From Eledone cirrhosa (taxonomy: Eukaryota): DNA of 64,000 bases. Shown one piece after another: positions 1 through 12,950 of this stretch (position 1 is its first letter; the number at the start of each line of letters is the position of its first letter). The position numbers were made by a program, and so were the translations under genes. The notes beneath the pieces were generated by a model, which had not been told where the DNA came from, ran no database searches, and was given only the letters and a program-made list of their open reading frames with translations. The stretch covers positions 251,596,001 through 251,660,000 of the forward strand of contig OZ024742.1 of NCBI GenBank assembly GCA_964016885.1, given 5' to 3'.

Positions 1-23
1 AGCGGTATGTCATATATCAAATC

Positions 24-96
24 ATATATTTTGTCTGACGAGGACGTACTGAAAAAAACAGCTCAGTACCTTTGAAATATATATAATAAAGTATAT
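24..96 (+). ncRNA. Putative minimal type I hammerhead ribozyme (Penelope-like element-type motif)
   Basis: CTGACGA (35-41); stem II GTACTGA/TCAGTAC; GAAA (74-77); palindromic stem III ATATATAT then A; 11-bp stem I (24-34 with 86-96, two G.U pairs). Confidence 0.6.
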
Positions 97-132
97 ATTT
101 TGATTATGCGAATATTTTTCATTTAACATTTT

Positions 133-135
<3 letters not shown>

Positions 136-182
<47 letters not shown>
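136..182. repeat. (TA)n microsatellite
   Basis: Direct sequence. Confidence 0.95.
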
Positions 183-190
<8 letters not shown>

Positions 191-639
191 TACATGCACA
201 CATTGTTTGGCTGTTTAACACACGTGTTACTATTCTGCCATTAAACCACAAAAAATAAGTAGGTGCTGTCTTATATATAACATACATATTCCAGTAATAT
301 TTGTAGCGACAATTAAACTACAGATGTTGCAATCAAGTTTTTTTTTTACACAAACCGGTTGAAATATTAGTCAATATAAGTTGATAAATACGAGACTAGA
401 TATTTTAAAGATACTATATTATATATATAACCGTAGTAGTTTTAATTTCTTGCCAAAGGGGATATCCAGAGTTTTAATAACATTCGTTTAGAAGCTAGAA
501 GTTAAGGGAAAGTCAATTTGTATTTTTCTGTATGTTTAAAGCTAAATTTTCCCCAAATATAATATCTAATTGCTCCACACTTTCTCTTTTTTCTGTATTG
601 CTCACTTCTAGATACAGTCCAGAGCTCCATTCCGTCTCT

Positions 640-904
640 CCCCTAATCTCTTACACAAACACATACATACATACATACATATAACTCCATATCTCACCCC
701 TCTCTCTCTAATTATATAAGCTATGTCTCCTCCTCTCTCTCTTTTAGTTATATAAGCGGTCTCCTCCTCTCCCCTTCTTAAACATATAGCTCTGTTTCTC
801 TTCCCTTTCACTTTTAGTTATATAAGCTAAGTTCCCCCACCCCGTTTTAGACATATAAGCTCTGTTCACACACACGCGTGTATGTATGTATGTATGTATG
901 TATG

Positions 905-945
<41 letters not shown>

Positions 946-1012
946 TTAGACACATAAGCTCTCTCCACCCACTCTAACTATATAGGCTTTCTCCTCTCCC
1001 TTTCTCTCTAGT
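640..1012. repeat. Degenerate tandem repeat (TTATATAAGCT plus CT-rich units) with embedded TATG/TA microsatellite
   Basis: Recurring ttatataagc/catataagctct followed by ctcct tracts at about 712, 748, 818, 852, 953. Confidence 0.55.
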
Positions 1013-1161
1013 GTTGTACTTTGTCATCACGTGGTTTAGAGGTTAGCTCTCCCTTCCCCCGTCTGTTCCATAGCAATTTCATTACTACACACATTTCCCT
1101 TATTCTAATATTCTCATTGACTTAATTCACACATACTCTCTCTCGCTCTACATATGTATAT

Positions 1162-1200
1162 CTGACGATCTTGTGGATGTACAGGTGAAACTCCGGAGTA
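1162..1200 (+). ncRNA. Degenerate hammerhead ribozyme core
   Basis: CTGACGA-tcttgt/acagg-GAAA-CTCCGGAG-TA; palindromic stem III ACTCCGGAGT; stem I not paired. Confidence 0.45.
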
Positions 1201-1489
1201 ACGAGACTCACCATTTAGCCGTAATATTGAAACTCTACGTTGGTATTGAGTACTGTCTAACGTCCATCAGTATCACACACACACACGAATCTTACAATTG
1301 GATTGCGGCCTGCAAGACTGTTGATCTTATCGACCCAAGTACACACACACCTCTCTAATGTATGAGATATTTGGGTACTTATTTTAACTATTTCAAGTTG
1401 TCGAACCTCTAAATTAAACGGATACAAAGGGACACAACATAAACACCACTGGTTTTTAAATCGGTGTTAACATTATACGTTGGAATAAT

Positions 1490-1620
1490 AGTTTACCTTT
1501 AGCAAATTTCAGTCAAAGTATTTGTGGAATCAAGAGCTACAGCAGTTAGCACGCTCCGAGATTGAACCCGAAACCATGTAGTTGTGAAGCTAATTTCTTA
1601 TCCACACATCCATGCCTGTG
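1490..1620 (-). mobile_element. tRNA-derived SINE, 5' part
   Basis: Minus strand caggcatggatgtgtgg...ggtttcgggttcaatc, with A-box-like and B-box-like motifs. Confidence 0.6.
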
Positions 1621-1626
1621 TGTGTA

Positions 1627-2560
1627 TCATCATCTTTTTACATATTTTCTATTATGCTGGTATGGGTTAATCGAGTTAACATTGCTCTAGACTACACAAA
1701 TCGAAGAACCATGTTTTGCTTATACGTTCCATCTCTTGGCATGGTTAATTGCCCTTCCTAACGAATACTCTCTATCCTATATTATCTGCATTCGATCGCT
1801 AGCCACTTTACTAAGAGTTTTGGATGTACTTTATCGTACTGGAAAGGCTGTATTATTCATTGCAAGTCTAAAAGGGACCACTCCAGTCCAAATGGGACCT
1901 CTCAGTCCAAACTGTCTTCGGTCTCACACCGCATTTACTTTTAAAATAGCCGTGCTCGTTGTACTGGTGGGCGGTACTTTTAGCACGATAAAGTTGCCGG
2001 TCGTGAGGTTCAGTTTCTTGAGGTCATTTTTCACAACTTCGTCCCATGTCTTCCTAGGTCTCCCTCGTTCCACAGATTCCATCTACTTCAGGCGCTTGGC
2101 TCTTTTTTTTTTTTTTTTTTTTTTTATTACAGCTTTGTTCTTTTTATGCATCACCAACTCAATCATCTTGCATGCTACATCCAATTTCTTTTATACTGAG
2201 CTTTTCTCTCAATTTGTGTTGTCATTCATGTACAATAAGACTATATATCCAGCGTAGCATGCACGTTTCATTTTTTTTTTTTTTTATCGCAAATATTCTT
2301 CATGCATGACTCTACCACACAGCATAAAAGTTTAAATACAAGCCACATATTTGCACCGTCACTCTGAGAGAGAAGTTATCAGCAGAGGTAACAACTCTCT
2401 GAATCTCTTCCACCCTGTTCTCACTCTGACTACAACACTTAGGTGCATCCACATCCACTGCTAATGAGGTCACCTAGGTAGCAAAAGCTATCTACTACTT
2501 CGAGTGATCCTGCTGAGCGTTTCTGGGAGTTTATTTCATGAATAACTTACTGTTGACTCT
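1627..2560 (-). mobile_element. Decayed RTE LINE 3' fragment with 3' UTR
   Basis: Minus strand GRPRKTWD motif near 2045-2070; VVDSFCYLGD and RVRTGWKRF motifs near 2400-2500; catcat tail at about 1630. Confidence 0.65.
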
Positions 2561-2779
2561 ATATGTGTGGGTCTCACAACTATTCTGTTTATTGCCAACC
2601 AATAGTTTCTGTTGCTCCCATTACCATCTCCTCTATAACATTGTCTTGAATGAACAGACAACATAAAGTAAAGGTGACTTTTTAGTCTTGTAGGAACAAA
2701 GGAACCCCTCTAGTGCTGGTACCGTGATAAAATGCATGGCCCCACAGCAGTAGTTAGCAGTAAGAATACATGTGAAATA

Positions 2780-3165
2780 AATTCTTTCAAATGTTTAGAA
2801 GGCTCATTAGAAGTTGTTGGTCGCTTTTGTTATCTAGATGAACTAATCAGCAGCGGAGGTTGATCTTCCAAAATTATATCAACCAAAATAACAAGATGGG
2901 AAAGTTCAGGGAACTGTTATCTGTGCTTGTAACAAAAGGTTTACCAATTAGAGTAAAGGGCAGATAGTATGATGCTTGTGTACAAAGTGTGATGTTGTAG
3001 GGTAGAAAGTTGTAGATTTTTTAATGCGGAAGATTTGCAACGGCTAGAATGAAATGAAGTAAGCATGCTCTACAGGATATGTAATGTTAGTGTTTATGAA
3101 CATTGAAGCACAAACTGAGGGGAAAAGCTGGGTATATGAGGAATCGGATGTAGAAGGTTGTGCAG
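2780..3165 (+). mobile_element. Decayed RTE LINE fragment (C-terminal region)
   Basis: FCYLDELISSGG, KFRELL and KGR*YDACV motifs, homologous to the 30209-33184 ORF. Confidence 0.65.
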
Positions 3166-4178
3166 GAGTAGAGGATTAATGGTCAGCTTCTTGCTGCCCT
3201 GATGTCTCGATACGAATGCCTGAGTATTGTGTTCAGATAAATGGTACTAAATCAAAACCATTCAATGTGGGAGTTGGGCTCTGCCAAGGGTACGTACTGT
3301 CACCTCTCCTGTTCATTATTTACATGAACAGGATTGACTTGCGCAGCCTGGTTGGAAGTGGTATCACGACTGGCGGATGTAAAATCAGTCAGCTGGAATT
3401 TGCAGACAGCATGGTGTTACTTAACTCAAGAGATGAGCTTCGACTTGCACTTGATAGGTTTGATGCCGAGTGCTGCATGGCTGGAATGAAAATCAGTGCT
3501 GTGAAAACTGAAACACTAATTCTCTCAAGGAAGCCTGCGCAGTGCACTCTACATGTGGAGTTCCATTGAAGCAGGTAGAGAAGTTCAAATATCTCAGGGC
3601 CGTGTTCATGTGTGATGGAAGGCAGGAGGCTGAATTAAGTGCAAGAATTACAGGCGCTGGTGCAGTAATGCGCCAGCTTCAGCATTCAGTAATCAGGAGG
3701 TAGGCGTAAAAACCAAACTCGCTGTCTTCAATTCGGTTTTTGTACCAACCCTTACTATGGTCATGAATCTTGGGTAATAACTGAAAGAATATGATCGTGA
3801 ATACAAGCGGCCGAAATGGGATTCCTCCAAATGGTCTTGGGTGTAACGTTACTCAATAAAGTGTGTAGCTTGGAGATCGGAGAGTCACTCCAGGTAGTCG
3901 CTACTTATCCGAATTGAGAAATCACAGCTCCGATACTATGGGCATGTTTCAGGAAAAATTGCTGGACAGATTTTATGGGTAAAACAAACTGGTAGGAGAC
4001 CCAGGTGTAGACCCCTGAGGAAGATGGTTGGATAGCATCCATGAGCTTGGCTGATCTCTCTTGGGGATCCAGCCAGATCAGTTGGAGACAGTTGCTTCTG
4101 ACGGGACCTGCTGCAGGGAGTGTTTGAGGACTCTGCCCCCACGACCCTCTCAGGAATAAGTGGGCGAACAAGATGATG
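3165..4178 (+). mobile_element. 5'-truncated RTE-type (Expander-like) LINE, second family
   Basis: ORF 3216-3569 gives VGVGLCQGYVLSPLLFIIYM...LEFADSMVLL (RT domains 4-6); homologous copies at 8470-8958 and 38058-38968. Confidence 0.8.
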
Positions 4179-4739
4179 TAGTATGTGAGATAGAAACCTG
4201 ATGTGTATTGGAGATGTCAATTGTATAGAGAAGTGCTGAGCACTTGAAAATGTAGAAAAGTGGGACCTGGAACTTGTAAATATAGACCTAGAACTTGTAA
4301 AAAAGCGAGACCTAGGAAGACATGGCTTGATGTGATGAAGTCTGAGCTTAAACTGAGCCTCACAAGAAATGACTAAGAACCACAGTGAGTGGTGACACAC
4401 TGTAAAAGAGAAGGCTTGCAAAGCAGTGCAAGTATGGCAAAACAGTAATTAAGATGATGTGTGTTGTAGGTTAGGATGAATAGCACATTTTATATTGGAT
4501 CTCTTGCCAGTTACATCCCAGTTTTATCTCCATCTTCTGTACTTCCCATTACTCTCCCATCAGCCATTGACTTTCTAGCCTATTCACTCTAACATACCAC
4601 CACAGTTTAATGGTGTAATATGTCACCACTGTGTAAGAAATCTATGAGATAAAAGTTTGTAGAGGGCAGCGAAACCAGCGCATGTGTGAGCTGTAAAATC
4701 CATTTTTTTCATTGATGAGTTTGTGACAAGATGAGATAT

Positions 4740-5870
4740 AACCAAGGTTCTCTCCCTAATGATACAATTGAAGTACTTAGCTAGGAAAAAAACTACTGTA
4801 CCTCGAATTTGTTGGCCTGGAAAAGGCCTTTTGATAGGGTTTGACACTGTAGCCTGGTTTTTGCTGCAGGTTAGGGAGAGATGAATGGCTTGTCAAGCCA
4901 TGTACTGGGGTGCTGTCAACAAGGTGAGATTTAGCAGCAAAGAATTTAGTATGCAGTTTGGTATAATTGAAGGTTCAGTTTTTAGCCCCCTTCAGGCCAT
5001 AAGAGGAGTTTAAGATCAGTTCTCTGTGGGAAGCTCTCTATGCTAATGACTTAGTTCTCATAGCTAAATCTCTTACATATTTAGTAAAAGAAAATTCCAG
5101 TTTGAAGCATAACGTAAAATTATGAGGCCCTAAATTAAACCTAGTAAAGATTAAGTTTCAGTTAGCAGGATAGAAGACACAACACTACTGACATTGAGGA
5201 AGTGGTCTGGCCCATCATGCGAAACAGTAGGTAAGCATTCCATGCAGTGTACCCAATGTAAACTATTGGTGTACAAAAGGTATAATGGGATAATAGCCAG
5301 GTTAATAGAGAAGGTAGACTTTGAATGTGGTAGATGTACATGTGAAATAATTTTTTTCACATACTTAAAAAGCCATCTTGAAATAGTTAAGTTTTGTTAC
5401 CTAGGTGACCAAATTAACAATAGCGGTCGATGTTCAGAAAGCATAGTAGCCAGAATGGGGTTGAAAAAGTTCAGGGATCCATTACCTCTGATAACAAAGG
5501 GTTTCTCTCTCAGGGTGAAGGATAGATTATGGTGCTTATGTAGGAAGTGTGATGCTGCATTGTAGGCTGGAGGACATGGTCACTGAATGCAGAAAATGTG
5601 AAAGCTGCAAAGAAAGGAAGGAAGGAAGCATGCTATAATGGATGTGTAATGCTAAAGTGCATGAATGTTTGTATACAAATAAGCTGAGAGAAAAACTAGT
5701 TATAAGAGAAATCAAATGTAATATGTGCGAGAGAACACTGCACTGATATGGATATATGAAACACATAGAGGATGTCACTTGTATAAAGAAGCACCAAGTA
5801 CTCCAAGTGGACAGAACCGATGGACAGGAGAGACCAAGGAAGGCATGGGGAGAAGTACTGAAAACTCTTC
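4740..5870 (+). mobile_element. Decayed RTE LINE fragment (RT plus PHD-insert remnant)
   Basis: LEKAFDRV motif; ORF 5194-5565 gives CTQCKLLVYKR...FECGRC...FCYLGD. Confidence 0.75.
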
Positions 5871-6454
5871 CTGCTTATGTCACTTTGTGTTCCCATTGCC
5901 CTCACTAAACCATAATATAGCTTCCATAGGGTTAAATCTACTAGAGTACATCTTTTCCTTTGTCATATACTGTGGAAAACTTTGATAACAGCAATGTTGT
6001 TGCACCACAGTGTCTGACATGAGAACCTATAAGCTATTTACTTATGGTCTCCATCATTTATTTCTTGGTTAAGAAACTTCCTGTTAAACTTTACTGGAGT
6101 GGCCCAGATTCAATAAACTGATATGCCATACTCTACTTTCCGTACTATAAGTTCCTATTTTCTGTCACAATACACGCTCCTTCCTCTACAGATGATACAC
6201 AACACACTTTGTTCCTTTATAGCTATCTGCATGTAATATGGGCTTCACACACCAGATATCCACTACCTCCATGGACAGTGCTTTCTTAAGTGAAGATATG
6301 ACAATGACATCGTTCCACATAGCTCAAAACACTGACAATGGAAAGTTCCCCAGCAGTCACTTACTCATCAAGTCTCTCCTTCACTTCACCAATGTTGTCT
6401 AAGGCAAAGGCTGTTACAGCTTGGCACCAATGTCATTGCAACTCATACATACAC

Positions 6455-6725
6455 TATATGCACTATATATACACTAATATGATGTTGTCCAAGGGGGAGG
6501 TAAAGGCTAATACAACTTGACGCCACTGTCATCGCAATTCAAATGTATAATACACACACTATATATGATGTTGTCCAAGAGAAAGGTAACAGCTGATGGC
6601 TTGACACCAGTGTTATAATTCATTTTTTTGCACAAGGGTACAATGTATTGCCTAGTCCAGGAATCAAACTCATGATGTTACAATTGAGAGCCCAACACCT
6701 TAACCACTAAGCCACGCACCTTCAC
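6455..6725 (-). mobile_element. tRNA-derived SINE remnant
   Basis: Minus strand gaaggtgcgtggcttagtggttaagg...gagtttgattcc (A and B boxes). Confidence 0.6.
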
Positions 6726-7439
6726 TAATTATAAATTAGTGTTAGGAATAATAGATTAGTTGTTTTAGTTATAAAACTGTACTGTATTTCATATCTCTAT
6801 CTTTCTCTTTATTCTTCATTTTACTGATGGTTCAAAATAAAATGCTTTTCGACCTCCTAATTAATAGTTTTCATTGATTAACCGATTTTAAATAAAGATC
6901 TCCATCGTATACCATATCTGTGTAGCCATGGCAACAACTGATAAAACTCCACTAATTAGCTGATAATTACCTTTCTGATACATCCCATCTATAGTTAATC
7001 TATAATTTTCAATTGAAGCAGGTTTTATTAAACCAGCTAAAACTACCCTACAAAACTATTCAATTTAGTGATTATATTTATCTAAAAACCTTATATAAAA
7101 ATAATTTTATATAAGAACCTTTGTTATATAAAATTATGATGGAAGGTTTTTAGATAAATTAAACTGTAATAAAGTTTTGTAGTGTAGAATCAAAGGCAGT
7201 TTTTATATATGAACCTCTATTATGTTGTGGAGGCATGTGGCTTAGTGGTAAGATATATTTCTGAGATGAATGGCTGGATCTGCATCTTATGTGCCTCTGA
7301 AAGTCTCATCCATCCGATGCCAGTAATTGATAAATGATGTAATTGTATTTAGCTGTCAAACATATGATGCCCAAAGAAATTGTGTGTACATGTGTAAGAT
7401 TTATATAGCTTTGTTTTAAGTCTTTGTAAACAGACAAAC

Positions 7440-7720
7440 CCATCATCACTTAAGGTCTGATTTCCCTGCAGGCATGGGTTGTCACATTCTGAGCCGAGAC
7501 AGCCCTCAGGACCATATTTTAGTCACATGTTCCATATTTTGCCATGCCTTCTATGGCTGGATGCCTTTAAGATGAATCACTTTACAGATTATACATGGTG
7601 CATTTTGTTGTGGTACTAACCCTAGAGTCCTGTATAGGACAAAAAGCTCCTATGTACCTCATGTCTGTTTATCCACCTCTTTACAGTGAGGTACTATGTT
7701 CCATTGTGGCACCAACACGA
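7440..7720 (-). mobile_element. SINE/RTE 3'-tail remnant
   Basis: catcatc tail; gcatgggtt; ctatggctggatgcc motif shared with the RTE 3' UTR. Confidence 0.55.
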
Positions 7721-8469
7721 GAGAGGTTGTCTTGTCCACTGCAGGTGGTCTCCAATCACTCAAACTTTGAAAGTGAAATCAGCAATGAATATCAGTTAAG
7801 TTCAAATATGAAATGTAATTCTTTTGTGGGGAAATAAGTATAATTATTTGAGCTACTGATAAATATTGATTTTGCACTAAATGACAACCTAATCCTTGCA
7901 CTGTTGTTGTAATACTAATTCTGAAAAGCTCTCTATCCTCATACAAAGGTACTTTCTCCTCCTCCTAGCTCATACCTACTGATTTAATTTAAACCTACTC
8001 ACATTCTTCTTCTACAACTGATGTCTTTTCAAGCCAAGTAAAACAACAACAAAACTATTTTGAAGTTGATGTGCACTGCTGTTTTCAATCTTTAACAAAA
8101 AAAATGTTTAAATATTAAAACTGAAAATCTACTATTAACATTTTTGTGGCTGTATGTATCTCTAGTAAAATGCACGCTATTTTAATTAATGAAGCAATTT
8201 AACAGATTTACTAAAATTATTTAATTACTAAAATAGAAACATCATATGATTATGTAAAATTATGCTGGAAGATTTTAAATAGAAACCCTTTAACCCTTTT
8301 GACACCAAACTGCCCCTAGTTCTATGATACTAAGTTGTTTATTTTAAATTGTTTATATTTATCTAAAAACTTTCCATCATAATTCTATAAGAATTTTTTT
8401 AAGTTAGTGAGTGGTTTTGTTTAACAAAAAACAGCCAGTTTTGACAGGTTTAATAACAAAAGTATTCTT

Positions 8470-8958
8470 CTTCATCCACTTACTCCTGGGATGGTTGTGG
8501 GAGCAGAGTTTTCAAACACTCCTTCCAGCAGGTCCTCTCAGAAGCAACCATCTCCAATTAAACTGGTTGTATCCCCAAGTGAAACCAGCCGAGTTCATGG
8601 ATGTTATCCAACCATCTTGCTTGGGGTCTACCTCTGGGTCTCTTGTCGGTTCTTTTTACCTGTAAAATCTGTCCAGCAATTCTTTCTGGAGACATTCTAA
8701 CCACATGCCCATTATATTGGAGCTGTAATCTCTCAGTTCAGAGAAGTAGTGGCTCTACCTGAAGCGACTCTCTGATCTCCGTGCTATGCACTCTATCAAG
8801 TAATGTTACTCCAAAGATCCTTTCGAGGAATCCCATTTTAGTCGCTTGTATTTGCGATCATATTCTTTCGGTCATTACCCAAGATTCATGACAATAGGTA
8901 AGGGTTGGCATGAATACGAAATTGAAGAATGTGAGTTAAGCTTTTATGCCTACCTCCA
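8470..8958 (-). mobile_element. RTE-type (Expander-like) LINE 3' fragment
   Basis: Reverse-complement homolog of about 3690-4175. Confidence 0.75.
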
Positions 8959-9708
8959 GAAAAGTATTAAAACTGAAAATCTGTTACTGTTAACTATATA
9001 CCCAATGGCCAGAGAAAAATAGGTCAAGAAAGAGCAAAAGTGTTTAGTGCAGTTTAACTGAGTTCCAGCAGGTGCTTCACTTCTATTTCATTCTGAATCA
9101 GTTTTGTCAGATGTCGCAACTGAAATTCTTAAACTCCTCTAATTCTTATTTTCAATATCCCAACTCTCATGCATTTTTCAACAATTTTGCTATAAAACAT
9201 TTCAAAGAAAAAACAGTTGCTGACATGTGCTTTATTGTCTGTAACTTAACTCTTGCCATTCTGTAATGATTTAACAGAAAATATTTTAAAACAGCTTTGT
9301 TAATTTAGATGTTTATAGTATCTTTATTGGTGGTCAGATTGTGAAAATCTGCAGTATTAAGGTAAAGACCTTAATTTTTAATGTGATGCTGTCATAGTAC
9401 TGTTGTATTTTTTTTTTTTAAGTTTTGGCATCTCTACTTATGGACAAATTTGCAATATAGATTAAGACATTTTTTTTTTTTTTTGTGATGCATTCATAGT
9501 GTTGTTTTGTACTTTTCAAGAATGTCTTGCTAATGTGGTATATGATATTAAGAAATAAAGCACTGTAACAACTTGGATGGTTTTTACTGGAAAGAAAAGC
9601 TAGTATTTGACACAGATGATGGTTAGCTTTTAATATGACTTGTTTATGTATTTATTTCATAAATTCAGTCATCATTATTTCAACATGTACAGTGCAGGAT
9701 AGGCTTTG

Positions 9709-9745
9709 CTGATGAGGTCAGAATAATGCCAAAACATGTTTGCAG
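9709..9745 (+). ncRNA. Degenerate hammerhead-like motif
   Basis: CTGATGA-GGTCA...TGCC-AAAA-CATG-TT; GAAA appears mutated to AAAA. Confidence 0.3.
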
Positions 9746-9788
9746 TTTCACAGAAACATGTTTTATACGAAATTTTATTTTATATCTA

Positions 9789-10141
9789 CTCTCGAGTCCC
9801 AAATAATTGGGGTGGGTGGTTGGAAAATCGGTAATTTTTTGAGGTTATCTCCGTTGATATTTTTAAAAACCAGTAAGTCATTTAGTTTACATAATGAAAC
9901 TCCTACCCATCCTATTTATTTTATAACGTGGGAGATTTCTTGTAATGTTCTTTGTCGTCATGTATAATGTTTTTTAATGGCTAAAGAAAATTGCTGCAGG
10001 AATGCTACCACTTAAAATAAAATTTCGCTAGAGATAGATTAGCAAAATTTAATGAAGAGGGGGAATAAGAGTGGGAGTTTGGAAAAAACCTGAAAAATTA
10101 ATAAGCAGGGATAGGAGGATTGATTATTCAAGACCCGAGAG
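9789..10141. mobile_element. MITE with about 19-bp terminal inverted repeats (TIRs) and TA target duplication (Tc1/mariner superfamily type)
   Basis: TA|CTCTCGAGTCCCAAATAAT ... ATTATTCAAGACCCGAGAG|TA. Confidence 0.7.
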
Positions 10142-10182
10142 TACATATTTCTCTCTACATAAGCATGTATATATATATATCA

Positions 10183-11740
10183 TTATCATCATCATTTGAT
10201 GTCTATTTTTCATGATTGGATGGATTAGAAGGGTTGTCACATTGAGATAAGTCAGGTCAGATAACCCATGTTTTGCTGATATGGATCTGTATTTGGGCTT
10301 GGTTTCTACAGCTGGATGCTCTTCCTAATGCCAAACACATTAGTGTGGACTGGATGCTTTTTATCATGACACTCAAACGACCATCTAACAGTGGACCGGG
10401 GGGCTTTTTGTCCTGTCACCAGTACGACAATCTTACAGTGAACTGGATGCTTTTTTATCTTTTTGTCACCAACACTACCACCATACAGGATGGATGGGGG
10501 TGCCTTTGCTTTTGTGGCACCAGATCGGTATATAGGGTAGCAACAGCATTGTGTGAGATTAGATATAGAGCAAGTTCAATTTTCTTGTTTGTTTGTATGT
10601 GTGGGTTGGGCAGGTGAGGTATATCAGGGGTGAGGGTTTAGAGAAGGGGAACAAGTAAGTGAGTTTGACATGGACTAGGTGCATGGGATATTTAGTCTGT
10701 GAGAGCATAGTATTAAGACTGGGAAGGGGTGAAGAGAAGATTGGTGCAAACACGTGTCTCCTTTACATGTTTGTTTCATTGTGCACATGTGGAGGAAGGT
10801 ATTCCACAGTACAACATGACACCAGAGATCTCGATCTTGTCTCATCTCTCTGAGGTTTAATTGAACAAGATCAGCTTTTATCACCTATCTTAAGTTTTCC
10901 AAGGTCTTCCTTTTCCGTAGCGTCCACCAACTTTGAGCACCCTGCACCTTTTTATACAGTTGTCATCCTCCATACGCATCAATATATCCAGACTACCGCA
11001 ATCTCCTCTCTTGTACATTGCATCTGACCACTCTTATGCCTTGTTTCTTTCTCAGTTTACTGATGCTTTCTTGTTCATACACACTACTATTACACAGCCA
11101 TCGGAGCATGTGGGGTTCATTTCTCTCCAGTCTTCGTAGGTCCTCTGCTCACAGCGCCTAAATCTCACTACCATGCAGCATTGCTGTTTATATACATGCA
11201 TCATAAAATCTGCCTTTCATTTTGAGGGAAAAACTGTTTGTAGCTTGCAGAGGTAGTAGCTTCCTGAATTTTCTCCATCCCATTCTCATTATGGCTACTG
11301 TACTTTCAGAACACCCAGCTCCATAATTTGGTCACCCAAGTAACAGATTATATCAACTACTCTACATAATCTTCTGAGCATTTAAAGGGGCTTGTTTCTT
11401 GTGACCACTTGCTACTTACTGCTCTGTGCATCGGCCATATATAAAACCTATGTTCTTTGCTAGCCTGTCTGAGATCTCATTACATCCCTTGTGTACTCAC
11501 AGTTTGCATTTGGGACATAGGATGGAATTACTACCACCCACTACACTGAGCAAGGCCATTTCCTTAAAGGAATATGGGCCATGTTTTCCTTTCTACTTAC
11601 TAGGACTTTAGTCTTTTGCCAAGCTGGCTTTCTTTGCTTCTAAGCTTGGAATTTCTTCTCTAATTTGGCCATAGATTTGGCTGAGGATTAGATCAGGGGT
11701 ATATGGAGGTTCCCATGGGTAGTCAGTCTTAAACACTCTA
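10183..11740 (-). mobile_element. 5'-truncated, decayed RTE LINE with 3' UTR
   Basis: (CAT)n tail; ctacagctggatgc 3' motif; homology to the ORF2 C-terminus and PHD insert of 30209-33184. Confidence 0.75.
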
Positions 11741-11759
11741 TTACAGAGAGCATATCTGT

Positions 11760-12950
11760 GAGAGCCACCATGAACAGTAGTGGTCCCAAGATGTTTCCCT
11801 GGAGTACGCCACTCATTGACATTTCCTTTCAGAGGGCCCCATTGGCTGCTACAGTCTGGCTTATGTCTTTTAAGAAGTCATGAAGCCATTCATCTAATTT
11901 TCCAACTATACCAAAGCTATGTAGTTTAGGACATATCATTCCATGATCAACCTTGTTGAAGGCCTTTGCAAAGTTGAGATATATCAAATCCACAATCAAG
12001 CAGTTGTCTTATACCATCATAATGCTGCAAGGGCTGCATAAGGCAACTTCTACCCAGGTGAAAGGCCTACTGGTTATCAGTTAACTTTGATAGGTTTCGA
12101 CCAGTATTGGCCCATGCCATGTCTAACTTAATAGCACCACCTGGTTAGAAGACCAATTTCTCTAGAAAATCGATCAGTTTTCTTCTGACGATTCATTCAG
12201 GTCTGCAGTTTTTGGTATCTGTTCTGCTTCCTTCTTTATGAATAGGACATATTATGCTTTCTTTTAGCTTTCCATTTGCAATGGAGTTTTGGAAGAGGAT
12301 TTGCTGTAGTTTTACTAAGGTTCATTTGCATGTTCTGGGAATCCATCAGGGCCAGCATCTGTATTTGGCCTCATTTCATCTATGGTTGATATTACATCTT
12401 TCTCCTTTATATCTCTATAGTTGATGGTTGCTATTTCTCTGTGTAATGCAGTGGTGTTAAAAGTGTTAAAGAACTAATCTGCTTTATTTATTTGCATGTC
12501 TCATTGGAGGGGTGAAAATACTTTTGTATTTTTCATTCAGTGCCTCCCTTATCTCTTGGAGGTATGTCATCAGTGAGCCACCTTTTATGGAAAAGTGCCC
12601 CTATTCAAATTTAAAGAACACCTTAGGGTTTGTTTTCTATAGCTCTGGCTCCTTTTCATGGGAGAGTTTGAGTTCAGTTTCAATTTCAAATAATGCCTGC
12701 TTCAAATGGGGTTCCTTTTTGTTCTTTCGTTGTATATGTAGCCAGTTTGAGATCTTTGTTTTCTGTCTCTGGGAATATTTTTGTGACTGTTGGCCTTTAT
12801 TTCCAAAGCAAACTTAAAGCAAATGGTTTGTATTATTGCCGTGAATTGTCCAAGTTGCATGCTGACATCTTCCATAGAGAAACTGTTGGTCCAGTTTTGT
12901 TTCAGGATTTCCTCCTGAATCCTTTTCCAGTTAGCTTTGTGGAAGATTAG
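11760..12950 (-). mobile_element. Decayed CR1-group LINE RT fragment
   Basis: Minus strand SGVLQGNILGPLLF, VDLIYLNFAKAFNKVDHGM and AGPDGFP motifs. Confidence 0.75.

Noticed and set aside
9521-9621. Possible upstream ELOVL exon (ttttcaag ... gatg|gttagc)
   Set aside because: No in-frame ATG for a phase-1 join and no ELOVL similarity; at most a non-coding exon.
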